In this document: piece by piece, positions 9,489 through 18,944 of the stretch
How positions within the stretch are numbered: the stretch's first letter is position 1
Layout: the number at the start of each line of letters is the position of its first letter
Source of the DNA: Candidatus Woesearchaeota archaeon
Lineage (GTDB): Archaea > Nanobdellota > Nanobdellia > SCGC-AAA011-G17 > PNOQ01
Length of the DNA stretch: 45,843 nucleotides
Assembly (NCBI GenBank): GCA_964393215.1
Contig: CAYMSW010000003.1
Coordinates: forward strand, 1 to 45,843
Direction: 5' to 3'
Notes under the pieces: model-generated
What the model was told of the DNA's origin: nothing
The model's input: only the letters and a program-made list of their open reading frames with translations
Databases searched by the model: none
Translations under genes and position numbers: made by a program

Positions 9489-10205
9489 ATGCATGATATC
9501 GATGTTATCATACAAAAAATAATCGAACTTCCAGCCGATTGGCATTTGGCTGGTACTGTTTCACGTAAAATACTACATGGTATTAAACAGTATGCCTTGG
9601 ATATTGGGCCGATAGAGAATACAGTTGAAACAGGATCCGGCAAGACCACACTGCTGTTTTCTCATTTGTCGAAAAACCATCTTGTGTTCGCACTCGAAGG
9701 TGAGAACCGAAGTATTACGGCCGCAAAGCGCTCCAACCTTTTGAAGCCAGAAACCGTAACGTTTGTTGAGGGTCCAACTCAGAAAACCTTGCCGCATTAC
9801 GATTTCACCCAATTATTTGACATCGTATTGATCGACGGTCCGCATTGCTACCCTTTTCCAGATCTTGAGTACTATTATTTATACCCCAAAATTAAGACGG
9901 GGGGACTGCTTTTACTCGATGATATTCAAATTCCATCCATTAAAAGAATGTTCGACATCATAAAATCGGACCATATGTTCGAACTGATCGATATAAGAGA
10001 CTATATGGCGTTTTTTCGTCGTTCAGACGCCAGAACCATAGATCCGTTCGGAGATGGATGGGGTTATCAAGGTTACAACAATTCGTATTACAAAGAAATG
10101 CAGCAAGCAGAGAAAAAAGTTCGTATGCTCGAAAAAGTGATTCCACGCTCCGTAAGGGAGCGCATTCCAAACCCCGTCAAACGCTGGGTCCTCAAGTTTT
10201 TCTAA
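9489..10205 (+). CDS. Class I SAM-dependent methyltransferase (Methyltransf_24/CmcI-like); the only plus-strand gene
   Basis: The track ORF is 9477..10205. I prefer ATG 9489 because GAGG (9479..9482) lies 6 nt upstream. Motifs: VETGSGKTTLLF (glycine loop) and DIVLIDGPHCYPFPDLEYYYLYPKIKTGGLLLLDD. Confidence 0.75.
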   Translation: MHDIDVIIQKIIELPADWHLAGTVSRKILHGIKQYALDIGPIENTVETGSGKTTLLFSHLSKNHLVFALEGENRSITAAKRSNLLKPETVTFVEGPTQKTLPHYDFTQLFDIVLIDGPHCYPFPDLEYYYLYPKIKTGGLLLLDDIQIPSIKRMFDIIKSDHMFELIDIRDYMAFFRRSDARTIDPFGDGWGYQGYNNSYYKEMQQAEKKVRMLEKVIPRSVRERIPNPVKRWVLKFF

Positions 10206-10226
10206 ATCAGGAAACAGTCCATCCGT

Positions 10227-12395
10227 TCAGGATCCGTGGCTGCTATTTCCGATCTCGATGATGCGTGCTTCAAGAGAGTACAATTTGTAGGTACCCGGCT
10301 GCTTTCCCGGATCGAAACGGATCTCTTCCAGTTTGGATTCCATGGGAAGAAGCAGATATCGAGTATTCTCCCCTTTGGCCAGATCTTCAACAGTGCTCTG
10401 GCACTCACTGAAGTAGGGCTTTTCTTTGGTTTTGTAATACACCTGCATTTCCGTATCCACTGGGCTCCACATATTCACCCGTAACATCAGTGGGCCCCGC
10501 CGGCCAGTATTTTCAAAAGTGGGAAGCATGATGTGGGGATCGTTGCCAGTGGAAACCAGTAAAATACCTGACGGATCACGTTTCACTGCTACATCATGAA
10601 CAGCTTTCAACTGGGCTAAATCTATGGTTTTATCTATCCTCAGGCTGATGTCGGGTGTTCGGTTGAAAGTAGATTTCGTTCTGTCAATGGGGATCAACTT
10701 AAGTAAATCATATCCGGGAGTTTGGCCCTTCCCTTCCCAACAAAGTTTTTTCAACACCTTGTAATGCTCTGCTACCATAGCCAAGTGATCCCCTTTTTTT
10801 TTATAACCTTTCGGATCCCTGGGCAAGGCTGTATAAACAATGTCATGTGGTGTTTCAAGATACCCTCCGCCATCAGATGGCGTAATCATGATACTGGAAC
10901 CATTATCGTATGGTTTTAGGTACACCCGCTCAGCCAAACGTGTTTCTGCCGGGAGGATCAGGTTCATCTCACCCTCATGGTTTACAATCCTGGCGACCTG
11001 CATCCACATCCAGTCTGATTGCCACGCGAGATCTAACAAAACCTTGAGTTTCCGATTATTGCGGTGAGCATCTGAAATCATGTCTTGGGTCAATAGATCG
11101 ACAAACTTGTTGGCCCCATACTCGGATTCATAATGGAGGTGAACGCGCATTGTCTCATTTATTGCTGCCGGGTATGAGCATCCAAAGAGAAAAATGGGAA
11201 TTAGGCCGCTGACGATAAACTTTCGTTTTGCTAACAGCCACCTGTTGATAGAACCCAGCAAAATGGCACCCGAGAGAGCGGAAAAAAAAACCACAGGCAG
11301 CATGTACCTTTGCAAAACAAAACCCCAGGGCAGGTTCAGCAACAAAAAACCAAAGGAGAGCAAGAACAGGCTGACACCCGCCGGCAGGGCTTCTGCTATG
11401 TTGTGGCTATAATTTTCGGATTTTCTTTTTCCGAGTAAATATAACACAACTGTGGTGAGAAGCGCTGCAGTGGGGATGTAGACGGTGGGAGGAAATACAA
11501 CGAGCCCTTTCGTATACAGAACCAGTGTATTCCAGGTGTTTGCAATGGATCCAGCTGCATAGTTATCATCGGAATAAGCCCCCCAGTAGTTGAATATATT
11601 CCCCAAAATCCATGCAGTGATCAAGATGTTGACCATGAGGTTATACACAGCAAAAGCTTGGCTTCGATTGGAGAGCAAACTTGGAATGGATATCAATTTT
11701 TTCCCATAGCGGAGAATGCAGAAAATTGCGACCGCCGGCATTGCCGCGACCGAAGTTTCTTTAACGTGATATGCAAATATGGCAGCTAAAAGTACTATAA
11801 AATAAAAATAAGGCATATAACCGGGTTTTGTTTCGGCAAGTCGCTCTCCGCTGAAAAAAATCGCGAAATAAAGTGCGAGACCCAGTACTTGCGGTACTTC
11901 TGCGGCATCGTTCTGTGTAATATTCCTGACTAATGCAAAGGAAAAAATGACCATCATTGGGAAAATAAGCGAATACACACGAGATCCACTTGTACAATAG
12001 ACGATCACTCCACCAAAGAACAGGGCACCGGCAAAAGTCACCAAATAGAATACCATATATACTCTCAGGTCCCCGTTGATTTTTTGACGAACCTCATCTC
12101 CGGGCATTCCCAAGTAGTAATCCCCATTTTTGACAAGAGTTAAGAAGAAAGGTATGGATTGATAAAAAAAAGAGGCGGGCCTGTAAAGACCGTTGATTTT
12201 TCCAATGTGCTCAGTCAATTTCGTATATTTTTCCAGAAAGGATCTCTCGTCCAGAATATCACCGGCATAGAGGGATATGGTCCCATCTTCAACCATACCG
12301 TGACGCAGATGGGGTTGGAAAGCGTTCTGATGCAACCAGAAAAGCGGTAATGTCGAAAAAAGAAGAAGAAAGATATAAAATAATGCCTTATTCAT
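10227..12395 (-). CDS. Large polytopic membrane protein, GT-C-like, with a C-terminal soluble region ending in the domain shared with 6974..9310
   Basis: 722 aa with an ATG start; AGGA lies 6 nt upstream. TM1 is followed by an acidic loop (GMVEDGTISLYAGDILDERSF), then about 12 hydrophobic spans over about 420 aa. The soluble C-terminus ends MLRVNMWSPVDTEMQVYYKT...RFDPGKQPGTYKLYSLEARI. Confidence 0.6.
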   Translation of the reverse strand: MNKALFYIFLLLFSTLPLFWLHQNAFQPHLRHGMVEDGTISLYAGDILDERSFLEKYTKLTEHIGKINGLYRPASFFYQSIPFFLTLVKNGDYYLGMPGDEVRQKINGDLRVYMVFYLVTFAGALFFGGVIVYCTSGSRVYSLIFPMMVIFSFALVRNITQNDAAEVPQVLGLALYFAIFFSGERLAETKPGYMPYFYFIVLLAAIFAYHVKETSVAAMPAVAIFCILRYGKKLISIPSLLSNRSQAFAVYNLMVNILITAWILGNIFNYWGAYSDDNYAAGSIANTWNTLVLYTKGLVVFPPTVYIPTAALLTTVVLYLLGKRKSENYSHNIAEALPAGVSLFLLSFGFLLLNLPWGFVLQRYMLPVVFFSALSGAILLGSINRWLLAKRKFIVSGLIPIFLFGCSYPAAINETMRVHLHYESEYGANKFVDLLTQDMISDAHRNNRKLKVLLDLAWQSDWMWMQVARIVNHEGEMNLILPAETRLAERVYLKPYDNGSSIMITPSDGGGYLETPHDIVYTALPRDPKGYKKKGDHLAMVAEHYKVLKKLCWEGKGQTPGYDLLKLIPIDRTKSTFNRTPDISLRIDKTIDLAQLKAVHDVAVKRDPSGILLVSTGNDPHIMLPTFENTGRRGPLMLRVNMWSPVDTEMQVYYKTKEKPYFSECQSTVEDLAKGENTRYLLLPMESKLEEIRFDPGKQPGTYKLYSLEARIIEIGNSSHGS

Positions 12396-12456
12396 TTGTT
12401 ATCCTGACAATTCATTTTAGGCCGATTCGCTATATCACTTATAACCAGGACAAAAA

Positions 12457-14736
12457 TCAACCGGGTGGAATACGAAAGATAATCACACCATTATTTTCAA
12501 ACACTTTTTTGAAACGTGTATCGTTGCTAATTTCATCAACAAAAAAAACAGGATATACGCCTAAATTGATGATCGCCTTTGAAACAGGCGCTATTAAATG
12601 CTTCTTGATCACGATGGTATTCACGTCATGTTCTCTCAAAAGCTCAATCCGAAAATCATTGTCGCCCCTCCAAAACTCTCTCAGTTTGTAATTCAAATAC
12701 CATTCATGAGTTTTGGGAAATAGTCGGTAGTTACCTTCCGGGTACATGAACAAACGCGCACTTTTCTCATCCTGCTTGAGGTATGCGATCGCTTCTATAA
12801 TATCGGTGGATATGTTTCTTAATTTGTATACCTTCTTAAGAACCAATCCAGTTTGAAGAATGGCGACGACGATCAATATCGGCAACCATATCTTCTTGTG
12901 ATGGAATCGAGAAATGTATTCCGAGATCGGAATCATGATTAAAATGATTCCTGGTAAAAAAAAGCGGGCATCTGGAGCGGTTTTAAGAAAGATATAGGAA
13001 AATGCTATAAAGGATCCGCCCATTATCCAGATCCACCATGAACCTGTATCCGTCGAAGGTTCCATTAGGGTTGAACATCTTTTAAAAAACACGCCTGCCA
13101 AAAATGGCGTCGTCGCTGCCAACAAGACCATCAACCATAAAAGCCCGCCTCCATATATTAGGAAATTTTCTGGATTCCTAAGGTCTCCGGGATGATTTGC
13201 AATAATTTCAACTTCGTATTTCGACACAAGCACCCTATTATCCATAAAAATTTCAGGATCGGGTCTTGAATGATTAGGTCCGGAATCCTTTTGTTCGAAG
13301 GGATTGAGTTTGGCAATTACTTCCTTTCCTTTTACGAAGGGATAATAAAGCGCATCGCCGTATTTTTTAAGGGACCAGGACATGCAAAACATCGTAGAAA
13401 AAATGAGTATCGCCGTGATCCCGGTGTTCAAGATCATCCTTCCCCATTTTTTTTTGTTATAGTCATTTCGTATCGCAATTAAAACGAAAGCCGGAACAAA
13501 AAGGATTGCCGTTACCTTTAACGTCAAAGAGAAACTAAGAAACAATGCTGCCCATTTTATCTTTTTTCTCTGCAGGAAATAGCATACGGTAACTATTTGA
13601 GCAGAAAGCGGTATATCCTGGTAAAAAGCGACGGAAAAAATCAGAAACATGGGGATAGAAATGATGGCAAGCAGGTACACCAATGGTGCAAGGGATCCCT
13701 CATCGTTCCTCAACTTGAGCGTCAGATACCCAAAGACTAATAATTGCACGAGATATATGGCATGGTAGCATTGAACAGTTCTTGCCCCTGATGGAATTAT
13801 CTTGGCGATTATCGCCCCCAAATAGTGCCATACATAGACATGAGGATATTTTCTGACTTCGAGGCTTCCGTTACCTAAGGGTATTTCAGAGATGATATTT
13901 GGAAAAGGCAAACGATCAACTTGAGATCTTAGCATGTAATAGTGTGTCACTTCGTCGCCAATCATCGGATTCGGTGTTGCTATTCCAATTGCCAAAACAG
14001 CCAGCACCGCCATGCCGATAACAACTATGGATGCTCTACTGACCGCCCGATCCTTTCGATCGGTGGTGATCACACATTCAGTATCCAGCAAATTGACGCA
14101 TTCTGATAAACTTCTGTCAATATTTTGTTTCTGATATTGCACAGGGGGGTTAATGCCCAATTTTTCTTCAAGCACTTCTAAGCGTGTTTTAAGAACGGCC
14201 TGCTGTTGGGTTAATGCGGACTGATGAAATTGAAACTGCGACATGGCAACCGAAAAATGGAATGCCACCAGTAAAAGAAATGTGATGATAACCGCGACAA
14301 TCGCGTCCACATAGTTCATTCCAGTGATTTTTCCAAACATGTACACAATTTGCGGAAGCAAAGCGAAAAAGAGTATGATGATACCAGTGGTTACCCACAA
14401 CAATGCATATCTCTCCTGCATTTTCGTGAGTCGGAGTGCTTCGAAAGTTATTCCTAGTACGATAATGCTTAACAAACCGATGGCGATGCGCAGCCGGGTA
14501 ATATATTCAATTTGAACAAACAGGGTAATAACTTCCGGATAAATGCCGACCGAGAGGAGAATTATGCCTGATATCAAACACGCAAATGCTGCAAGGATTC
14601 GGATCTGTTGTCTCCAAATTGCAATCGATGTCCCAACCAATAGCAAACAAGCCATTGCGATCATACCAAGCCGCAGCAAGGGAATGTCTGTCCATTGGAT
14701 TATGAAATTGGCGATGTAATTGGCTAAATCCGGCAT
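12457..14736 (-). CDS. Fusion membrane protein: DUF2304-like N-terminal module + GT-C (PMT_2/ArnT-like) glycosyltransferase
   Basis: 759 aa with an ATG start 7 nt after the upstream stop. Residues of about 1-195 form 4-5 TMs containing LRLTKMQERYALLWVTTG and GKITGMNYVDAIVAVIITFLLLVAFHF followed by a coiled segment. I recognise this as the DUF2304 pattern, from memory. From residue 260 there is IGDEVTHYYMLRS (the DE..Y/H loop motif of ArnT/PMT-type GT-C), then many TMs, and a C-terminus typical of this family (...FENNGVIIFRIPPG). Confidence 0.65.
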   Translation of the reverse strand: MPDLANYIANFIIQWTDIPLLRLGMIAMACLLLVGTSIAIWRQQIRILAAFACLISGIILLSVGIYPEVITLFVQIEYITRLRIAIGLLSIIVLGITFEALRLTKMQERYALLWVTTGIIILFFALLPQIVYMFGKITGMNYVDAIVAVIITFLLLVAFHFSVAMSQFQFHQSALTQQQAVLKTRLEVLEEKLGINPPVQYQKQNIDRSLSECVNLLDTECVITTDRKDRAVSRASIVVIGMAVLAVLAIGIATPNPMIGDEVTHYYMLRSQVDRLPFPNIISEIPLGNGSLEVRKYPHVYVWHYLGAIIAKIIPSGARTVQCYHAIYLVQLLVFGYLTLKLRNDEGSLAPLVYLLAIISIPMFLIFSVAFYQDIPLSAQIVTVCYFLQRKKIKWAALFLSFSLTLKVTAILFVPAFVLIAIRNDYNKKKWGRMILNTGITAILIFSTMFCMSWSLKKYGDALYYPFVKGKEVIAKLNPFEQKDSGPNHSRPDPEIFMDNRVLVSKYEVEIIANHPGDLRNPENFLIYGGGLLWLMVLLAATTPFLAGVFFKRCSTLMEPSTDTGSWWIWIMGGSFIAFSYIFLKTAPDARFFLPGIILIMIPISEYISRFHHKKIWLPILIVVAILQTGLVLKKVYKLRNISTDIIEAIAYLKQDEKSARLFMYPEGNYRLFPKTHEWYLNYKLREFWRGDNDFRIELLREHDVNTIVIKKHLIAPVSKAIINLGVYPVFFVDEISNDTRFKKVFENNGVIIFRIPPG

Positions 14737-14743
14737 ATAAGAA

Positions 14744-15511
14744 TCAATTGATATGGTTCAATGAGTGCTTGGCGAAACGCCTGTCGACAGGTCTTGCCCG
14801 TCCGACCAATAGGGCCAACCCCACTTTAAAAACGTAATAAAAGGTCCCCCATTTTTTAATGGTAGAGTTTCCGCGTAGCCGCGGTCTGAAAGTAACCCCA
14901 ACCTCGTGGAAATCATAACCCTGCCTCCGCAGCAAGGCAATCGCCTCAGGCTCCGGATAGTCCACAGGATATCGGTGTGTAAAATAGTAGAGCAGTTTTC
15001 TTTTAACCAGAAAAAACCCGGAAGTGGGATCAGTAACTTTCTTTCTGCAGATCACAGACATCACTGATGCTAACGCCTTTATACCCAAATAACGAACAGT
15101 CGTGCTTTTGAATGCACCGTTTCCGAGAAACCGAGATCCGATCACCATATCTATATCACTGATTTCACTGGTTTCAAGCAGTTTGGGGATTTCTTCAGGT
15201 GGATGCTGCCCATCTCCATCAAGTCTGAGAACTTTTTTATACCCTTTGTTGAAACAATAGATAAAGCCCGCCTGCACTGCCCCCCCAACTCCGAGATTGT
15301 GTGCCAACTGCAATACCACGGCACCGGCTTCCGCCGCCTCCACTGCAGTTGTATCGATAGAACCATCATCTATAACAACGACGTCGGCATTAAAAGTATA
15401 ATTTCGAATTTCATAAATTAACGACCCGATACTTTCTTCCTCATTATAGCAAGGTATTAAAATTGCTGTGTCATCCATTGAGGCATTGTTTTTTTCCAAA
15501 CTATTTTTCAT
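14744..15511 (-). CDS. GT2 glycosyltransferase, GtrB/DPM1-like (candidate polyprenyl-phosphate sugar synthase)
   Basis: 255 aa. Motifs: AILIPCYNEEESI, VVVIDDGSIDTT, LAHNLGVGGAVQAGF, VLRLDGDGQH, TDPTSGFFLVKR. The ATG start overlaps the upstream gene stop by 11 nt. Confidence 0.85.
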   Translation of the reverse strand: MKNSLEKNNASMDDTAILIPCYNEEESIGSLIYEIRNYTFNADVVVIDDGSIDTTAVEAAEAGAVVLQLAHNLGVGGAVQAGFIYCFNKGYKKVLRLDGDGQHPPEEIPKLLETSEISDIDMVIGSRFLGNGAFKSTTVRYLGIKALASVMSVICRKKVTDPTSGFFLVKRKLLYYFTHRYPVDYPEPEAIALLRRQGYDFHEVGVTFRPRLRGNSTIKKWGTFYYVFKVGLALLVGRARPVDRRFAKHSLNHIN

Positions 15512-16631
15512 AACTCATACGTCCTGGCATATCTTTATGATATCGACTGATAGACATAAATGCGTTTTTGAGATCGTTGACAATATTGTTGCTATCCAAA
15601 TATTTGGAGTAATATGTCGAAGCACTCGAGGCCCAGTAGTTTCTCAGTTCAGGATCTTCCTTCATCCTTGCAGCCCAATCCAGCATCATTTCAGGAGACT
15701 CTACTTCAATCCAGGAATTTTCTTTGATTGGAATACCTCTCATAGCACCTTTTCGGGCAATAATGGCTCTCCCAGCAGCCAGTGCTTCGATGGCCTTGAT
15801 TTGAACACCGGTACCGCTGGCGGTAGTCATAAGGATGACGCCACAATCTCTATAAGGTTCATCGGGAGAGTCATATGACCCCATTGGAATGAAAATCTCG
15901 GAAGGTATATGACGAGACAATTTGCCATAAACCCGTAACTTCAAATTCGGAGGAGGATTTGTGCTGTTTAGCCACCTCAAGCCTTCTCGGTTGAAGCGAT
16001 TGTCTGAACCAACCAATCCGATTTCCCTACTCGGGGCAAATGTACTTTGCGGTATGGAAGGAGGGCTCCACAATGTCCTGTTTACTCCCCGATTATTCAA
16101 TTCGATTTCTTCATCCTTCGAAATGACGATCACTAGATTTGCTTGTTTTAGCTCTTTGGTTTCACGGTTTGAGTCTTCATGTGCAAAATTGGAAATCAAA
16201 TCGTGTAAAACGATCGCTTTTGGACAATCGGTCGGAAGGTGTGCCCAAAAACTGTAATGAATAACCGCGACATGGGCTTTTCTGCTAAGTTTATACCACC
16301 AAGAATTGGGAAAAGCGTACCGGTGGTAGGGATTCGAATGCCCAAAACGTCGATCCAGGCGCAACATCTTGAAAAAAAAACCATATATGTATCCAAGCCC
16401 CATGAGGGGTGTGATGGTGTGTTTATCTTCTCTAAAAAGAAGTTCGAACCCCATTTCGTGCAACTCCGAGATATACTCAGGCGTCCAGCCCATTCCGACA
16501 GGCCGCCTGCGAGCAGTTACTATCATGCACTGGCCCAAGCCGTTTAAAACGTCAAGATGTTTCCACATCTCGGCTTTCGCCCCTGTATTAACCGGGAGCG
16601 GGCAATATGGGATGAGGACAATCGATTTCAT
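15501..16631 (-). CDS. GT-B fold glycosyltransferase (GT4-like)
   Basis: The track ORF starts at TTG 16640. I prefer ATG 16631..16629 (MKSIVLIPYCPLPVNTGAK...). C-terminal nucleotide-sugar-binding-type segment: VILMTTASGTGVQIKAIEALAAGRAIIARKG. Confidence 0.7.
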   Translation of the reverse strand: MKSIVLIPYCPLPVNTGAKAEMWKHLDVLNGLGQCMIVTARRRPVGMGWTPEYISELHEMGFELLFREDKHTITPLMGLGYIYGFFFKMLRLDRRFGHSNPYHRYAFPNSWWYKLSRKAHVAVIHYSFWAHLPTDCPKAIVLHDLISNFAHEDSNRETKELKQANLVIVISKDEEIELNNRGVNRTLWSPPSIPQSTFAPSREIGLVGSDNRFNREGLRWLNSTNPPPNLKLRVYGKLSRHIPSEIFIPMGSYDSPDEPYRDCGVILMTTASGTGVQIKAIEALAAGRAIIARKGAMRGIPIKENSWIEVESPEMMLDWAARMKEDPELRNYWASSASTYYSKYLDSNNIVNDLKNAFMSISRYHKDMPGRMSYEK

Positions 16632-16693
16632 GAGTTTCAAGCTATTAAGTTGTTAGGAAATTAATCTCCCTGACGCAATCAATTCGAATTCCT

Positions 16694-17698
16694 TTAATTC
16701 CTTCTCATTCTACCGAACATTTCAGCAGCCCAGCCAACAACGTAAGACATGTAAATACGTCCTTGGACGATCCTTTTTTTTGAAGCACCTATGCCCAAGG
16801 CGTAAATAGCATTTTTAAGCAACCGCTTAATCTGGGAAACTCTGTTCATCTTATGATCGTTGTCCGAGGAAATATCGCGATCTCTATGAGGAATTCCAAG
16901 ATAATTATCAAAATCCGATATTTTTGATATAATGAAATCCGTTCGTCCCCCCCAAAAATAGCGTTTATAGAACCATTTAGGCTCAGTTCGTTCCCTCGGG
17001 ACAAAATGATCTACATTAATTCCCGGATGATAGTAAAATACACCACCCGCGGTTTGAATAGAATTCTGGAGCTGTGTTTCCTCCCCAGATAGAAGGAGAT
17101 CTTTTTTTCTGCCCAAACGCTGGTCGAAGCCATTAAAACGGTGAAGGTATTGTTTTGAAAAAAAACAATTGGCACCTATAATATAGTGTCCCTTCTCCAT
17201 TTTAAATGCTTTGCTGCCCCAGTCGAGTTTCCCGAGGGGAACCTTAAGTTCCTCATTAATCCATACTGGCCGTGCACTTTCCCAATCCAGACGGATGGGT
17301 CCGGTCAAACCAGCCGGGGTTGGCTTTAATTCCAAAAAGCATGCAAGGGCGGTTTCCAACCACTTTTCACTGGCGACGGCATCATCATCAATGAAACCGA
17401 TAAATTGCCCACGGGCGTTTCGCCATCCGGTATTTCTTGCTATCGACAGGCCGATTTCCGGTTCATAGATAGGACGCAGGCATGCTTCCCTTTCATACTT
17501 TCTTATGATTTTGTCTGTGTCGTCGGTTGATCGGTTGTTGATGACAATGACTTCATATTGGCTTTGATCCAGTGTTTGGCACATTAAACTCGCAAGGCAT
17601 TTGTCGAGCAGACGAAATCGATTATGCGTACAGATGACAGCAGAAATCATGGGTTTTCGGATATTGGAGTATTCGTTCATGTAGTTATTGATTAACAT
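16694..17698 (-). CDS. Family-2 glycosyltransferase
   Basis: 334 aa. Motifs: ISAVICTHNRFRLLDKCLASLMCQT, VIVINNRSTDDT, FIGFIDDDAVAS (DXD). The start is uncertain; in-frame ATGs lie at 17698, 17680 and 17650, none with a clear SD. Confidence 0.85.
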   Translation of the reverse strand: MLINNYMNEYSNIRKPMISAVICTHNRFRLLDKCLASLMCQTLDQSQYEVIVINNRSTDDTDKIIRKYEREACLRPIYEPEIGLSIARNTGWRNARGQFIGFIDDDAVASEKWLETALACFLELKPTPAGLTGPIRLDWESARPVWINEELKVPLGKLDWGSKAFKMEKGHYIIGANCFFSKQYLHRFNGFDQRLGRKKDLLLSGEETQLQNSIQTAGGVFYYHPGINVDHFVPRERTEPKWFYKRYFWGGRTDFIISKISDFDNYLGIPHRDRDISSDNDHKMNRVSQIKRLLKNAIYALGIGASKKRIVQGRIYMSYVVGWAAEMFGRMRRN

Positions 17699-17713
17699 CC
17701 CTTTGTGACCATA

Positions 17714-18901
17714 TCAAAGCTTCAGTCTGGATTTGGAAGCAAGCGTCCAATCCATGATATGAGCGTTTTGGGAATCCACACCGAGCCAGTTAATGGACAT
17801 CCCGCAACATCTGCATTCTGGTACGATCTCGTTTCGTTTCGATTCCCTATTGGTTTCTCTCAAGGCTTTCCAAAACCGGTTGTTCCAAAAATCATCAATC
17901 GAATGCTTCAGTATATTGCCACTGTCGTATTGCCCAGTAGCCACTTTATTCATGAACAAGATTTCACCGGCAGCGCACGGGTAAAGCTCTCCCCCAGGAG
18001 CTATGAACAAAGATCGCCAGGGCTCTTTGCAATCGCGCTCCATAATGCAGTTCTGCCCGAATAAGGGCTGGTAATCCAGTTTCATATTTAACCTGTCAGC
18101 AAGTGCGATAGCTTCAGAAACCGCGAGATTGCTTTCCTCCTGATGAAAGTATAGGGAATCTTCGGGTGATATCTGTATGCTTCCATCTGCCTTTTGGCGA
18201 AATTCTTTGGGATATATGCGAACATATACTGCCTTAACGCCATCTATCCCAATGTCCGATGCCAACTTGATGAAGCTCCCTAACTCTCCAATGTTTTGTT
18301 TCATGAGAATTATAGAAATACTGATACCTGACATGGACCTTAAACGTCGCCGCAGTCGAACAAGTTCACGGATATGGTTACAAACTTGTGCAAAGGCGGG
18401 GATACCAGAGATTTGTCGATAAGTTTTTTCTGTAGCGGCATTCAGGGAAATTAGGAAATTTACCCTGTTTTCCAGCAACGTTCTGACCGTCGCTTCATCG
18501 AAAGCGATGAAATTGGTAATAACAGAGTGCGAAACAGTCGGACATCTTCTTCTGGTGAAAGCAGCGATTTCTGAGAGCTCTGGATTTAAGAAGGGTTCGC
18601 CCCCTCCGCCGTAGATCACCTCTATTAATTGATTTGCATCTAGATGACCGAATATTTTTTTTATTTTTCCAAGGGTTAATCTTTCTGCAGAACCACAGTT
18701 CCTGTAGTCGCTCCCGCACATAATGCAGGCCGAATTGCATGAATCGATCATCAACAGATTTAGGGACGATGGTCCGAAATTGATATCGGTGATACCTTTT
18801 CGGGCAGTTCTATTTAGCGTGAAATCTGTTCTTTTCATCCGGGCAAAACCCGTTCCTCTTGCTATCAACTCTCTAAATCCCATTATTGAACTATTTCTCA
18901 A
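17714..18901 (-). CDS. Radical SAM enzyme with C-terminal SPASM/twitch-type auxiliary cluster region
   Basis: CNSACIMC (CX3CX2C) in LLMIDSCNSACIMCGSDY. C-terminal CKEPWRSLFIAPGGELYPC (CX12GX4C), then PECRCCG. The TTG start 18901..18899 has GGAG 8 nt upstream. An alternative ATG is at 18883. Confidence 0.8.
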   Translation of the reverse strand: MRNSSIMGFRELIARGTGFARMKRTDFTLNRTARKGITDINFGPSSLNLLMIDSCNSACIMCGSDYRNCGSAERLTLGKIKKIFGHLDANQLIEVIYGGGGEPFLNPELSEIAAFTRRRCPTVSHSVITNFIAFDEATVRTLLENRVNFLISLNAATEKTYRQISGIPAFAQVCNHIRELVRLRRRLRSMSGISISIILMKQNIGELGSFIKLASDIGIDGVKAVYVRIYPKEFRQKADGSIQISPEDSLYFHQEESNLAVSEAIALADRLNMKLDYQPLFGQNCIMERDCKEPWRSLFIAPGGELYPCAAGEILFMNKVATGQYDSGNILKHSIDDFWNNRFWKALRETNRESKRNEIVPECRCCGMSINWLGVDSQNAHIMDWTLASKSRLKL

Positions 18902-18920
18902 GGTAAGGCTCCAAGCAAAC

Positions 18921-18944
18921 CGATCTTAATTTCATTTAAGATCG
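18921..18944. repeat. Perfect 9-bp inverted repeat with 6-nt loop in the gap between the methyltransferase and radical SAM genes
   Basis: CGATCTTAA (18921..18929), loop TTTCAT, TTAAGATCG (18936..18944). The stem is AT-rich and no U-tract follows on the minus strand, so I do not call it a terminator. Confidence 0.3.

Noticed and set aside
9324-9545. 73-aa minus-strand ORF in the divergent intergenic region upstream of 6974..9310
   Set aside because: It overlaps the 5' end of the better-supported plus-strand methyltransferase gene in antisense. It has no motif, no RBS and an odd composition, and shorter internal starts would leave only a 36-aa product.
10206-10226. Looked for a bidirectional terminator between the convergent stops at 10205 (+) and 10227 (-)
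   Set aside because: Only 21 nt separate the stops and they contain no inverted repeat, so no terminator can be supported.
15819-15826. GGCGGTAG, the ops/JUMPstart core recognised by RfaH in polysaccharide operons
   Set aside because: It is on the plus strand inside minus-strand CDS 15501..16631. That is the wrong strand relative to transcription of the locus, and it is not in a leader region, so it is most likely a chance 8-mer.
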